Positions 7,742 through 18,237 of a stretch of DNA of 51,448 bases are shown here, piece after piece. This DNA is from Eubacterium sp. CAG:786 (GTDB lineage: Bacteria > Bacillota > Clostridia > Oscillospirales > Ruminococcaceae). The DNA lies in NCBI GenBank assembly GCA_000432175.1, contig HF989398.1, positions 1-51,448 of the forward strand, read 5' to 3'. The position numbers were made by a program, and so were the translations under genes. Position 1 is the stretch's first letter. Each line of letters opens with the position of its first letter. Below the pieces are notes generated by a model, which was not told the DNA's origin, made no database searches, and worked only from the letters and a program-made list of their open reading frames with translations.

Positions 7742-8088
7742 AAGTATGGACTTTTCTGTACCGTTACATAGGCAGAATCGTTTACGTTAATTATAATATC
7801 TATTTTTATAGACGATTATAGACGTTATGGCGGTCTAATATATAAAATCAGGAAACCGTTTTCTATGAGGCGGCTGGTTCCGGGGGGAATTCCGGCTGTC
7901 ACTCTGCCACGATTTTTCAGTGTTTTTCACTGTTTCATGTCGCGCCGCGCCCTTGTGCGGGTGTTTACGGCGCTTCACAAAGATTTACGCAGCATAGCAC
8001 TGCGAGCGTTTCCGTGCTGCTGTACGGAAATTCATTCCCGGAAATTGTATATTATTCCCGCCGATCATTAAGAAGGAGGGAAAATGTG

Positions 8089-9687
8089 ATGGAACCGATA
8101 ATCGCGATAATTATCGCTGTTGCGGCATTCATCGTCGGCGCAGCCGCTGCCGGCTTCATCTGTTTCAGGATGGGCATAAAGCACCGCATCAAAACCGCGG
8201 AAGCCCAGTTTGAATCAGCAGAGAAAGAGTCGGCGCGCATCATCGAAGAGGCCAACACCAAAGCGGAAGACCGCAAAAAGGCCGCTCTCGTCGAAGCCAA
8301 GGACGAGATCTACAAGATGCGTTCAGACGCCGAAAAGGAGATCCAGCGTTTAAAGGGCGAAACAGACCGCGAGCTGAAAGAGCGCCGCGGAGAGCTGTCC
8401 CGTTCAGAGCGCAGGCTCCAGCAGAAAGAGGAGAACCTCGACAAAAAGACTGACAAAATGGAGCGCTATGAAGAACAGCTCCACCAGAAGCACAAGAAGG
8501 CAGACGAGAAGATCGCTGAGGCTGAGCAGATGAAGGCTGAGCAGGTAGAAACTCTCGAACGCATTTCCGGCTTCACCACCGACCAGGCCAAGGAACACCT
8601 GCTGTCCATGCTGGACAGCGAGCTGAGCCACGAAAAGGCAGTCAAGATCACCGCTTACGAGCAGAAGCTCAAGGACGAGGAGGACGAACTCGCGCGCAAG
8701 CACATTTCGCTGGCGATATCAAGGCTTGCTGCGGATACGGTGTCTGAGTCTGCGGTATCCGTCGTTGCAATTCCGAACGACGAGATGAAGGGCCGCATAA
8801 TAGGCCGCGAGGGCCGCAATATCCGCGCCCTTGAAACGCTGACGGGCGTCGATCTCATAATCGACGACACGCCGGAGGCTATCACGCTTTCAAGCTTTGA
8901 CCAGGTGCGCCGCGAGATCGCGCGTATCTCTCTTGAAAGGCTTATCCAGGACGGACGTATCCACCCCGCACGCATCGAGGAAACAGTCGAGAAGGCGCGC
9001 AAGGAAGTGGAGCAGCGTATCCGTCAGGAGGGCGAGCGCGCAGTTATGGAAACCAACGTCAACGGTCTGAACCACGAGCTGGTAAGACTTATCGGACGTC
9101 TGCGCTACAGGACCTCCTACCGTCAGAACGTGCTCAACCACTCCATCGAGGTGGCTCACCTCGCGGGGATCATGGCGAGCGAGCTCGGCGTGGACGCAGC
9201 CCTTGCAAGACGCGCAGGTCTGCTGCATGATATCGGTAAGGCTCTCGACCACGAGATAGAGGGTTCGCACGTACAGATCGGCGTTGACGTATGCCGCAAG
9301 TACAAGGAAAGCCCCGAGGTCATTCACGCTATCGAGGCTCACCACGGCGACGTTGAGTGCCGCACAGTCATAGCCGCTCTCGTACAGGCTGCCGACGCCA
9401 TCAGCGCCGCAAGACCCGCTGCAAGAAGCGAGAACTACGAGAACTACATCAAGCGCCTTGAAAAGCTCGAGGAGATATGCTCCTCCTACAACGGCGTTGA
9501 GAAGTGCTACGCTATCCAGGCAGGACGTGAAGTCCGCATAATGATCAAGCCTGACGCCATCAGCGACGATGGAATGAAGGTACTTGCCAGAGATATCGCA
9601 AAGCGTATCGAAAACGAGATGGAATATCCTGGTCAGATCAAGATCAACCTTATCCGGGAAAGCCGGGCAGTTGATTACGCAAAATAA
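8089..9687 (+). CDS. rny: Ribonuclease Y
   Basis: N-terminal TM anchor, coiled coil, KH domain ([14 protein letters not shown]), HD domain (HSIEVA...GLLHDIGK), [20 protein letters not shown] (GTG 8086 also in frame). Confidence 0.97.
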   Translation: MEPIIAIIIAVAAFIVGAAAAGFICFRMGIKHRIKTAEAQFESAEKESARIIEEANTKAEDRKKAALVEAKDEIYKMRSDAEKEIQRLKGETDRELKERRGELSRSERRLQQKEENLDKKTDKMERYEEQLHQKHKKADEKIAEAEQMKAEQVETLERISGFTTDQAKEHLLSMLDSELSHEKAVKITAYEQKLKDEEDELARKHISLAISRLAADTVSESAVSVVAIPNDEMKGRIIGREGRNIRALETLTGVDLIIDDTPEAITLSSFDQVRREIARISLERLIQDGRIHPARIEETVEKARKEVEQRIRQEGERAVMETNVNGLNHELVRLIGRLRYRTSYRQNVLNHSIEVAHLAGIMASELGVDAALARRAGLLHDIGKALDHEIEGSHVQIGVDVCRKYKESPEVIHAIEAHHGDVECRTVIAALVQAADAISAARPAARSENYENYIKRLEKLEEICSSYNGVEKCYAIQAGREVRIMIKPDAISDDGMKVLARDIAKRIENEMEYPGQIKINLIRESRAVDYAK

Positions 9688-9693
9688 ATCCTG

Positions 9694-9733
9694 CTGCGCT
9701 CCCACCAAATGTCGGGGGCGCAGTGCTGTTTTT
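9694..9733 (+). terminator. Hairpin/terminator after rny
   Basis: ctgcgctccc...gggggcgcag followed by tgctgttttt. Confidence 0.55.
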
Positions 9734-9764
9734 CGGTAATTATTTACATCAAGGAGCGATCGCC

Positions 9765-11696
9765 ATGATACTGTTTGACGAGAATAAATGCGTTTACTGC
9801 AATTCCTGCATACGCGCCTGTCCGGTGCCGGAGGCCAACAAGGCTGTGGTTTCAGAGGACGGCAGGGCGACCTACAATATCGACCCGGAGAAGTGCATAA
9901 GCTGCGGTGCCTGCGTAAAGGAATGCAGCCACGGCGCGCGTACATTCCAGGACGACACCCTCAGCTACTGGGACGACGTGAAGTCCGGAAAGAAGATAGT
10001 GCTGCTGGTGGAGCCGTCCATCAAGGTGGCGTTTGACGGCTGCTGGCGCAATGTGCTGGAATTCCTGCGGAAAAACGGAACCGCTGCGATATACGACGTG
10101 TCTTTCGGCGCGGATATCTGCACCTGGGCGCACGTTCGCTATGTTGAAAAGAACCCGGGTAAAAAGCTGATTTCGCAGCCCTGCCCGGCTATCGTCAACT
10201 ACATACTCAAATACGTCCCCGACGCCGTGGGGAGCCTGTCGCCGGTGCATTCCCCGATACTCTGCGCCGCGATATACCTGCGTAAGTATCTTGGGGTGAA
10301 TGCAAAGCTTGCCGCGCTCACGCCGTGCATCGCAAAGCGCGATGAGTTCCGGCAGACCGGCATTGTCGATTACAACGTGACTTTCGAACATTTAGGGGAA
10401 CTGCTGGAGGAAAAGGGCTTCCACCTTGCCGACCAGAAGGGAAAGCGCTCCGCGTTTGAATTCGACGGTCCCCAGGGGATCATGGGCGCAATCTATCCGC
10501 GTCCGGGCGGACTTAAGGCGTGTCTTGAACTCGAGGCGCCCTCACTCAGCGTTATTTCATCGGAGGGCACCGACCACATTTACCGCGAGCTTGCGCAGTA
10601 CCCGACCGTTGGCGCGCGGGACGTACCGGACGTGTTCGATGTGCTTTCCTGCGGGCGCGGTTGCGGAAGCGGCCCCGCGATAGGCACCCCGCTTTCGGTC
10701 TACAGAATGAGCGGAATTCTCAACGGCATTGAGAAATACAACCGCAACAACCGCGTGAAATTCGACCGCAGGGGCAGGGATAAGCAGTTCCTTGATTTCG
10801 ACAGGCGGCTGAACACCGAGGATTTCCTGCGGGAATACAGGGCGCAGCCGGTCAGGCTGCGTGAAGTCACAGACGAGCAGATAGACGAGGTGCTGCACAG
10901 CCTCGGCAAGAATACCCCCACCGAGATGAACTACAACTGCCATGCCTGCGGCTTTGCGACCTGCCGGGAACTTGCAAAGGCGATACTCGACGGCACCAGC
11001 ATGAAGAGTTCCTGCGCGCAGTTCACGCTGCACGAAGCCGACCGCAGACGCGCGCAGATAGAGCAGACGAATTCCAGCATAAGCGAGATAACCGCGCAGC
11101 TTGGCGAGGTGGTGGAGAAACTCACCGACAGCATTTCCAGCGTGAGCGACGCCACCGGCGGCATAACGCGCCTTAACGGTCAGAATCAGCAGGGCGTGAC
11201 GGAACTTTCCGGCGTTATCGCGCAGCTGCAGACCCTCACCGAGAACATCAACACCTCGATGGAAGCCATAAACAGCAGCGTCACCGGCTTCTCAAAGATG
11301 ACAAGGAACATCAGCGACATCGCCCGTCAGATAAACATTCTTGCGATAAACGCGAGCATCGAAGCGGCGCGCGCGGGAGAATACGGAAAGGGGTTCGCGG
11401 TGGTTGCCGAGGAAGTGCGCAGCCTTGCGGAGCATTCGCAGACCGCAGTCACCGAGGCAGAGGAAAGCAACAAGCTTGTTTTCAGCAATATCAGCGACGT
11501 AAACGGCATAGTTTCGACAATAACTGAAAAGATGAACGATATCCTGACGATGATGGACAGCATGAAGCAGAATATTGCGGAAACCTTGGACAGGGGCAGC
11601 GACATCAGCACCGCGATGACCGGAGTATCCGGCATAGCTTCATCAGTGGACAGCCTTGTCAGCAGGGCAGAGGAAGCGCTGCGCAGCACGGATTAA
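9765..11696 (+). CDS. Soluble [FeFe]-hydrogenase-like sensor fused to a methyl-accepting chemotaxis signalling domain (group C2-type)
   Basis: Two ferredoxin CxxCxxCxxxC motifs; H-cluster-like motifs [28 protein letters not shown]; FeS motif [13 protein letters not shown] hairpin [34 protein letters not shown]; no TM segment; AAGGAG RBS. Confidence 0.88.
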   Translation: MILFDENKCVYCNSCIRACPVPEANKAVVSEDGRATYNIDPEKCISCGACVKECSHGARTFQDDTLSYWDDVKSGKKIVLLVEPSIKVAFDGCWRNVLEFLRKNGTAAIYDVSFGADICTWAHVRYVEKNPGKKLISQPCPAIVNYILKYVPDAVGSLSPVHSPILCAAIYLRKYLGVNAKLAALTPCIAKRDEFRQTGIVDYNVTFEHLGELLEEKGFHLADQKGKRSAFEFDGPQGIMGAIYPRPGGLKACLELEAPSLSVISSEGTDHIYRELAQYPTVGARDVPDVFDVLSCGRGCGSGPAIGTPLSVYRMSGILNGIEKYNRNNRVKFDRRGRDKQFLDFDRRLNTEDFLREYRAQPVRLREVTDEQIDEVLHSLGKNTPTEMNYNCHACGFATCRELAKAILDGTSMKSSCAQFTLHEADRRRAQIEQTNSSISEITAQLGEVVEKLTDSISSVSDATGGITRLNGQNQQGVTELSGVIAQLQTLTENINTSMEAINSSVTGFSKMTRNISDIARQINILAINASIEAARAGEYGKGFAVVAEEVRSLAEHSQTAVTEAEESNKLVFSNISDVNGIVSTITEKMNDILTMMDSMKQNIAETLDRGSDISTAMTGVSGIASSVDSLVSRAEEALRSTD

Positions 11697-11705
11697 GGAG
11701 GCGCT

Positions 11706-12305
11706 ATGTCAGACACGCACACCGACCTCAGGGTGATAAAGACCCGTCAGAATATACGCAACGCCCTGACTTCACTGATGAGCGAGCAGGAGCTTTCTGA
11801 CATCACGATAACAGCGCTGTGCGAGCGCGCCCAGATAAACCGCAAGACGTTCTACCGGCATTACCGTGCGATATCCGACGTGATAACCGAGTTTGAGGAC
11901 GAACTGCTGTCGGATTTTGCGCACATACTGCGCTCCAGCAACACGAGCATGTTCGATATCGGTTCTGTGCTGGGGGAGATAAGCGCGCTCATCAGCAGCA
12001 ACCAGGATTATTTTGTGCGGCTGCTGAAACTCAACCCCGAGCTTTTCAGCGGCGGCAGGGTGAAGGCAATGCTGCGCCGCGCCATTGAGATAGCCCTGCG
12101 CGACCTCGGTGTGATACAGGACGAGCAGACGCTCCACGCGTTGTCAGAATACACCGTGAGCGGCGTGCTGTCGCTGTATTCCGCGTGGTTCGACGGGGGC
12201 TGCACCGGCAGCCTTGACGCAGTGACAGAAACAGCAAGAAGAATGACCACCAGCGGGCTTAACGGCTTTGTCCCGGGGGACAGGCTGCGGGAGATAATCC
12301 GCTGA
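11706..12305 (+). CDS. TetR/AcrR-family transcriptional regulator
   Basis: DLRVIKTRQNIRNAL...ITITALCERAQINRKTFYRHY HTH. Confidence 0.92.
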   Translation: MSDTHTDLRVIKTRQNIRNALTSLMSEQELSDITITALCERAQINRKTFYRHYRAISDVITEFEDELLSDFAHILRSSNTSMFDIGSVLGEISALISSNQDYFVRLLKLNPELFSGGRVKAMLRRAIEIALRDLGVIQDEQTLHALSEYTVSGVLSLYSAWFDGGCTGSLDAVTETARRMTTSGLNGFVPGDRLREIIR

Positions 12306-12333
12306 GAGATGACCGAAGGAAAGGAAGATACCC

Positions 12334-13521
12334 ATGTTAAAACCGTTTTCCGACCGTGTTTCCGGTCTGCAGCCGTCTGCTATCCGTGAAATACTCAAAT
12401 TCACAGCCGACCCCGAGGTGATAAGCTTCGCAGCAGGAAACCCCGCGCCCGAGGCATTCCCGGTGGAGACCATCGCGAAGCTCTCAGCCGATATTTTCCG
12501 CGAGGAACCTGTAAACGCGCTGCAGTATTCCATCACCGAGGGTTACCCGAAGCTGCGGGAATGGCTGAAAGACGACCTGACTAAAAAGGGACTGTTCCGC
12601 GAGGGCGACCAAGTCGTCATAACGAGCGGCGCGCAGCAGGCTATTGAGACCACCGCGAAGATACTCTGCAACGAGGGTGACGTGATAATCTGCGAGGACC
12701 CTGCGTTCGTCGGTTCGCTGAACGCATTCCGCAGCTACGGCGTCAAGCTTGTGGGAGTGCCCATGGACGAGGACGGAATGATACCCGCAAAGCTTGAAGA
12801 AGCGCTGAAAGCCAACCCCACCACAAAGTTCATCTACACTATCCCGAATTTCCAGAACCCCACCGGCAAGACCACCACGCTGCAGCGCAGAAAGGAAGTG
12901 CTGGCGCTGGCTGAGAAGTACGGGGTATATATCCTGGAGGACAACCCGTATGGCGCACTGCGTTTCGCAGGCGAGGACGTGAAGTCCATAAAGGAACTGG
13001 ATACAAAGGGCAACGTGCTTTACTGCGGGACGTTCTCAAAGACTCTCGCGCCGGGACTGCGCGTGGGCTATCTGCTGGGGCCGTCCGAGGTAGTCGCAAA
13101 GGCTGTCGTTGGACTGCAGACAAGCACCGTGCACACGAATATCTGGGCGCAGATGCTGACATACCGCTTCCTGACCACGGTGGATTTCGACGAGCACCTG
13201 AAGAAGCTACGCGCCATCTATCGCCACAAATGCTCCCTCATGCTGGAGGGACTTGAAAGGGAACTCCCGGATTTCATCACGCTGACGCACCCCGAGGGCG
13301 GTTTGTTCATCTGGGCGACGCTTCCCGAGAAGTACGACATGAACGAGTTCTGCAAGGGCGCCGTTCAGCGTAAGGTCGCCGTTGTCCCGGGGAATGCATT
13401 CACCGCCGACGAGCATGCGGTCTCGCACTCGTTCCGTCTGAACTTCTCCACCCCCACCGACGAGCAGATAGAAAAGGGCGTGAAGATACTCGGCGCCGCG
13501 GCAAAAGAACTTTTGAAATAA
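12334..13521 (+). CDS. PLP-dependent class I/II aminotransferase (LysN/2-aminoadipate transaminase-like)
   Basis: SAIREILK, ISFAAGNP, YTIPNFQNPTG, EDNPY, GTFSKTLAPGLRVG (PLP lysine). Confidence 0.92.
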   Translation: MLKPFSDRVSGLQPSAIREILKFTADPEVISFAAGNPAPEAFPVETIAKLSADIFREEPVNALQYSITEGYPKLREWLKDDLTKKGLFREGDQVVITSGAQQAIETTAKILCNEGDVIICEDPAFVGSLNAFRSYGVKLVGVPMDEDGMIPAKLEEALKANPTTKFIYTIPNFQNPTGKTTTLQRRKEVLALAEKYGVYILEDNPYGALRFAGEDVKSIKELDTKGNVLYCGTFSKTLAPGLRVGYLLGPSEVVAKAVVGLQTSTVHTNIWAQMLTYRFLTTVDFDEHLKKLRAIYRHKCSLMLEGLERELPDFITLTHPEGGLFIWATLPEKYDMNEFCKGAVQRKVAVVPGNAFTADEHAVSHSFRLNFSTPTDEQIEKGVKILGAAAKELLK

Positions 13522-13546
13522 ATTGAAATTTATTTCAATTTATTTC

Positions 13547-13732
13547 AATTCGGAATTCATAATTCGGAATTCGGAATTGATGTGTCCCGCTTTGCGGGAC
13601 GTTATCTAAAAAGATTTAAAATAAAATGCACAGGGCGAAAGAACCACTTTCGCCCTGTGCCGTATATATCAAAGTTTTTGAAATAATGTCTGCGAAGCAG
13701 ACACAATAATTCCGCATTACGAATTCCGAATT
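13547..13732. repeat. Palindromic repeat element copy 2
   Basis: aattcgg heptamers; gtcccgc/gcgggac hairpin; cagggcgaaag-aacca-ctttcgccctg; tgtctgc-gaa-gcagaca; ccgaatt heptamers; lies between convergent genes. Confidence 0.88.
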
Positions 13733-13736
13733 GACC

Positions 13737-16706
13737 TTACTCTGTCCTCAGCGCTTCTACCGGGTCTTTCTTTGCTGCGACGCCTGCGGGGACAAGTCCT
13801 GCGATGAGGGTGAGCAGCATGCTGATGACTACCAGTATAACGCCGCCCTGCCACGGGAGGAGTGAGACATTCGCGATGCCGGTGATGTGCTCTATGATGA
13901 TGTTTATCGGGATATTAAGCAGCAGCGTTACGCCGATGCCGATAACTCCCGCTGAGAAGCCCACTATCAGCGTTTCCGCGTTGAACACGTTGGAAACGTC
14001 GCGCTTGGAAGCGCCCATTGCGCGCAGTATGCCGATCTCCTTTGTTCTCTCCAGAACGGAGATGTAGGTGATTATGCCTATCATTATCGAGGAAACCACC
14101 AGCGAGATAGCCACGAATGCGATAAGGATATAGGATATCGCGTTGATTATGTCGCTCACGCTGGACATCATAAGTCCCACGTAGTCGGTGTAGTTGATTA
14201 CGTCCTCCTGCTTGTCCTCGGATATCCTGCCGTCGTTGTACTTCTCAATAAGTTCGGTTATCCTGCCCTTGCTCTCGAAGTCCTTTGCGTATATCTTTAT
14301 GCTGCTCGGTTCGGAAAGCTCCGCAACGCCCAGCAGCTTCAGGTTGCCGTCATAGGTAGCGTCGGTGGTCTCAGGTTCCTTGGTCAGCTGCATGAGTTCG
14401 GACAGCTGGTCGGAGGTCAGCACCTGCATGAATACCGTGTACAGCTTCGCGGGGTCTGCCATGCCGTTCATCTTTGCGGAGAGTTCCGCGCTCTGCTCCG
14501 GCGTGAGCGAAGCCATCACCGCTGCCGACATCTGCTGGCGCTGTTCATCGGTGAGCAGCGTGCTGACGTCCGCGCCGGTCTGCAGCTGCATGAGCTGGTC
14601 GGGGGTGAGAAGTCCCATGATGATTGAGTTCATCTGCTCGTCAGAAACCATGCCCATCATCGCGGACTGCAGCTCAGCCTGCTGCTCCTCGGTGAGAGTG
14701 CTCATCATGCCCTGGTTGAGCTGAGCCTTCTGCTCGTCGGAGAGCATGCCCATTATCATCTCCATGGCTTCGCTCTGGGACATCGCCTTGTCGGCTTCCT
14801 CGTCAGACCTGGGGAATTCGATGCCGGTGAATACATCGACGTCGGGGTTTTCTTTCTGCGCCTTTACAAGCTCGCTGTCGTTGACTTTGTTTATCATGTA
14901 TTCAGTCAGCGCGTGGGTGTAGCCTATCCCACCGGAATTCGTGGAGGATATCAGCGAGTCGGCGTCCGGCTTGAGAATGCCGACTACCTTCAGCTTAAGA
15001 CCGTTTTCGGCTGCCTGCTCCATGTATTCGCTGTCGCTGCGCATGTCGGTCCAGGTGCCGTCGTCGTTCTTCTGATAGAATTCGGGCGCGGTGAGCATGC
15101 TGAATTCCATGCCCATAAGGTCGTCGTAGCTGAATGAGAGGTCGCCCGTATCCAGGTCGAAGCTTTCACCCGCCATCACGCTCGCCATCATTCCCTCAAG
15201 CTCGCTCTGGTCGCGCAGCCCGAGAGTGTACAGGGTCACGTCGGAAAGTTCGTTGCGGTCGGTTACCATCACGACGACTTCGTTGTACGCTTCGGGGAGC
15301 CTGCCGGCAAGCACATCGTATTCTGTCCTTAGCATGTCGGTGCTGAGAAGTTCCCTGAATGCGTCGTAGCTGCTCATGGAGCTGCTTCCCATAAGAGAGG
15401 AATAGGTGCTCTGCATCTGGCTGATGTTATCTGCCATGGACTGCCCCATCATAGCCGACATGACTGTGGAGGGGTTTATCTGCATGATGTCGCCGTTGGC
15501 GCTGTGACCGTAGATATACAGATTGCTGTCGTAGCTGTACTGTATCTCCTCGATGCTTTCGCTTATGCCGTCGGGGTCGCTCTCAAGGTATTCCTTGAAC
15601 TCGGTGAGGTTGTTGGTCTGCATCTCGGAGAGCATTGTTTTCATCATCTCGGTGGAGATGTCGTTGGTGTACACGCGGTCGGGGTCGCGTTCCTCACCGG
15701 CGTTGTCGCGCACGTTCATCATGGAAGTCATCAGGCTGGTGTAATCCACCGTCTCGTGCTGTATCGACACCGGGAAGGACGCCAGCGTTGAACGCTCCAC
15801 GCTGTTGATGTACTCCTGCACACCGTTCGACAGCGACAGAATGAGCGCGATGCCAATAATTCCGATGCTCCCCGCGAACGACGTCAGGAACGTGCGTCCC
15901 TTTTTCGTCATGAGGTTGTTCTTCGACAGCGAAAGCGCCGTCAGGAAGGACATCGACGTTTTCTTTCCCTTTTTGACGGCGGATTTGCGCACCTCTGCCT
16001 GCTTTTCGGCTTCGTCGGGGCTGGAGGGGTCGAACGGGTCGCTGTCGCCCACGATTTTACCGTCGAGAAGCTTCACGATACGTGTGGAGTACTTTTCGGC
16101 AAGTTCGGGGTTGTGGGTCACCATTATTACAAGGCGATCCTTTGCTATCTCCTTGATGAGTTCCATTATCTGAATGCTGGTCTCGCTGTCCAGCGCGCCT
16201 GTCGGCTCGTCCGCAAGCAGAATGTCCGGGTCGTTGACAAGGGCTCTCGCAATGGCTACGCGCTGCATCTGCCCGCCGGACATCTGGTTGGGGCGCTTGT
16301 GCAGCTGGTTTCCCAGGCCGACTTTTTCCAGCGCCTCTTTAGCGCGATGCCTGCGTTCAGATTTCGACACGCCGGAAAGCGTCAGCGCAAGTTCCACGTT
16401 GGAAAGCACGCTCTGGTGCGGTATCAGGTTGTAGCTCTGGAAGATGAAGCCCACCGAGTGGTTGCGGTAGGTGTCCCAGTCGGCGGACTTGTACTTCTTT
16501 GTGGACTGTCCGTTGATGATGAGGTCGCCGCTGGTGTACTGGTCAAGGCCGCCGATGATGTTCAGCAGCGTGGTCTTTCCGCAGCCGGACTGTCCCAGTA
16601 TGGACACGAGCTCGCTCTCGCGGAACGCTATCGAAACGCCCTTGAGCGCGTGGACCGTTTCACTGCTGGTGACGTAGTCCTTGACGATATTCTTTATTTC
16701 TAGCAT
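13737..16706 (-). CDS. Fused ABC transporter ATP-binding/permease (MacB/FtsX-like, 989 aa)
   Basis: Walker A GQSGCGKT, signature [19 protein letters not shown]; one TM, large extracytoplasmic domain, FtsX C-terminus [17 protein letters not shown]...DPVEALRTE. Confidence 0.93.
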   Translation of the reverse strand: MLEIKNIVKDYVTSSETVHALKGVSIAFRESELVSILGQSGCGKTTLLNIIGGLDQYTSGDLIINGQSTKKYKSADWDTYRNHSVGFIFQSYNLIPHQSVLSNVELALTLSGVSKSERRHRAKEALEKVGLGNQLHKRPNQMSGGQMQRVAIARALVNDPDILLADEPTGALDSETSIQIMELIKEIAKDRLVIMVTHNPELAEKYSTRIVKLLDGKIVGDSDPFDPSSPDEAEKQAEVRKSAVKKGKKTSMSFLTALSLSKNNLMTKKGRTFLTSFAGSIGIIGIALILSLSNGVQEYINSVERSTLASFPVSIQHETVDYTSLMTSMMNVRDNAGEERDPDRVYTNDISTEMMKTMLSEMQTNNLTEFKEYLESDPDGISESIEEIQYSYDSNLYIYGHSANGDIMQINPSTVMSAMMGQSMADNISQMQSTYSSLMGSSSMSSYDAFRELLSTDMLRTEYDVLAGRLPEAYNEVVVMVTDRNELSDVTLYTLGLRDQSELEGMMASVMAGESFDLDTGDLSFSYDDLMGMEFSMLTAPEFYQKNDDGTWTDMRSDSEYMEQAAENGLKLKVVGILKPDADSLISSTNSGGIGYTHALTEYMINKVNDSELVKAQKENPDVDVFTGIEFPRSDEEADKAMSQSEAMEMIMGMLSDEQKAQLNQGMMSTLTEEQQAELQSAMMGMVSDEQMNSIIMGLLTPDQLMQLQTGADVSTLLTDEQRQQMSAAVMASLTPEQSAELSAKMNGMADPAKLYTVFMQVLTSDQLSELMQLTKEPETTDATYDGNLKLLGVAELSEPSSIKIYAKDFESKGRITELIEKYNDGRISEDKQEDVINYTDYVGLMMSSVSDIINAISYILIAFVAISLVVSSIMIGIITYISVLERTKEIGILRAMGASKRDVSNVFNAETLIVGFSAGVIGIGVTLLLNIPINIIIEHITGIANVSLLPWQGGVILVVISMLLTLIAGLVPAGVAAKKDPVEALRTE

Positions 16707-16717
16707 TTGTTCTCCTC

Positions 16718-17209
16718 TCAGCTAAGTTCTTTTGCCATCGCGTTTGCAAATTTGCTGTAAAGTTCCGATATCGTTCGCATTTCCTCCTGCGAGAATACCG
16801 ACAGAATGTGGTTGAGCGACGTTACCACACGTTTATTGTTCTTACGTACTATCTCCTCGCCGGACTGCGTGGCAGTCACGCGGACGCTGCGCCGGTCCGT
16901 GACGTCGGTTTCGCGGGTTATCCAGCCCTTTTCCTGCAGGGAGCGCAGCGTGCGTGAAACTGCCGGCACCGACACCCCCAGCTGGGCGGCTATATCAGCT
17001 ACGCTTGTGGGGATTCCGTCGTATCTGCGGGGATACTGCACCACGCAGCACATCACGGAGAATTCGGACGGGTTCATGCCCTCGATGAGCTTTTCGGGTC
17101 TGAGTGAACTTATTGTGTCCATACCGCGCAGGAGGCGTTCGCATACTTCCTCCGGATACCGGTTGCCGAGGAATTCGCTGTCTTCCCTCAGCATATCAAC
17201 AAATAACAT
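16718..17209 (-). CDS. MarR-family transcriptional regulator
   Basis: SVADIAAQLGVSVPAVSRTLRSLQEKGWITRETDVTDRRSVRVTATQSG; start set at ATG 17209 with AGGTGA RBS. Confidence 0.9.
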   Translation of the reverse strand: MLFVDMLREDSEFLGNRYPEEVCERLLRGMDTISSLRPEKLIEGMNPSEFSVMCCVVQYPRRYDGIPTSVADIAAQLGVSVPAVSRTLRSLQEKGWITRETDVTDRRSVRVTATQSGEEIVRKNNKRVVTSLNHILSVFSQEEMRTISELYSKFANAMAKELS

Positions 17210-17250
17210 CAGATATATCACCTGCTTTCCGGTTTGTTGACTGTGGTTAT

Positions 17251-17279
17251 ATTTTAACGCTGTTAAGTACATTTGTCAA
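17251..17279 (-). promoter_or_regulatory. SigA promoter of marR-ABC operon overlapping a TTAAC-N3-GTTAA palindrome (candidate MarR operator)
   Basis: TTGACA-17-TAAAAT on the minus strand; ttaacgctgttaa at 17254-17266. Confidence 0.65.
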
Positions 17280-17413
17280 TACTGCACATTGGAATTCAGC
17301 AGCATGCATAAAAAATCCTCATAACGGGGAGCATAATTGCATGCCGCGCCTGAAAGTTGTGTGACGGCAGGCTGATAAAATGTGATAGCGGCGCGAGTGG
17401 GTGAATATCATTA

Positions 17414-17572
17414 GGTCACCTCTAAAAACCTTGTTTGAGTGAAAATGTGTATAGCACACCGACTGCTTCGTCAAACCTCCTCGTAAGGCATACAGCCTTA
17501 CTTCGTCGGCTTTCATCGCATTCGGCGCACTCTACCCATTTTCCCTTTTCAAACCGGTTTTTAGAGGCTCCC
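17414..17572. mobile_element. MITE-like non-autonomous element (~160 bp)
   Basis: Terminal inverted repeats GGTCACCTCTAAAAACC / GGTTTTTAGAGGCTCCC (14 of 17 match), IR extends inward imperfectly; internal hairpin gtaaggc-ataca-gccttac; second partial copy at 18741. Confidence 0.75.
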
Positions 17573-17944
17573 ATGAGTAAAAACGAAATGTTCGTTGAAA
17601 AGCGCTGGCTCTTTTTCTGGCTGGTGGAAGCAGCCGCAGCTATAATATACATTCTGTTATGGTGGAAAGTACCACGGTTTTTCTGGTGTTGGACTGCAAT
17701 ATCTGCAATACTTTCAGTCATATGGTTTGGGTTTTATTACTCTGTGAAATATTCTGTGCGGGGGAATACCATTATTATAACCAGCGGTATACTGTTCCAT
17801 CGGGAACGTACCCTGCCCGCGGAAAATATCCTGTGGGTAATGCGCCTGGAATTACTGTTCATACGGCGTGAAGCAATCACCGTGCTGCACACCTCCGGTG
17901 GAAATGCGGTGATTTTTGGTGAGTTTTCAACAAAGCGAGGTTGA
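17573..17944 (+). CDS. Small membrane protein with probable bacterial PH-like domain (123 aa)
   Basis: Two hydrophobic helices, then YSVRGNTIIITSGILFHRERTLP pattern typical of bPH membrane-flanked domains; upstream ORF extension runs through the MITE. Confidence 0.6.
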   Translation: MSKNEMFVEKRWLFFWLVEAAAAIIYILLWWKVPRFFWCWTAISAILSVIWFGFYYSVKYSVRGNTIIITSGILFHRERTLPAENILWVMRLELLFIRREAITVLHTSGGNAVIFGEFSTKRG

Positions 17945-18190
17945 AATGTTGAGAACTATTCAACTTTGCGCAGCCAGAAACTGAACTTTCAACCATTTCA
18001 ACATAGTATTTAACAATCAGTTAAATCACGGTCGGATTTAACCGAAACAGGTTATATTTTCCGAGATTATACGGAATGTAACAACAAACCGCGCTACATC
18101 AGGTAATCACGCGGAAAAAATATACCCGATGGAATATTACTTAACGTATGTTGATTTGGCATAATTACCACAGGTATAATCGCGGAATAT

Positions 18191-18232
18191 AAAAAAACTC
18201 CGCTCAACGGGGTTTTCAACCGTGAGCGGAGT
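18191..18232 (-). terminator. Intrinsic terminator of GNAT gene
   Basis: actccgctca...tgagcggagt stem with A7 on + strand (U-tract on minus). Confidence 0.75.
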
Positions 18233-18237
18233 GAATA

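Noticed and set aside
8890..9945. 351-aa minus-strand ORF
   Set aside because: Antisense to rny and the hydrogenase-MCP gene
17435..17572. N-terminal extension of the bPH-like ORF
   Set aside because: Encoded entirely by the MITE; non-protein-like sequence
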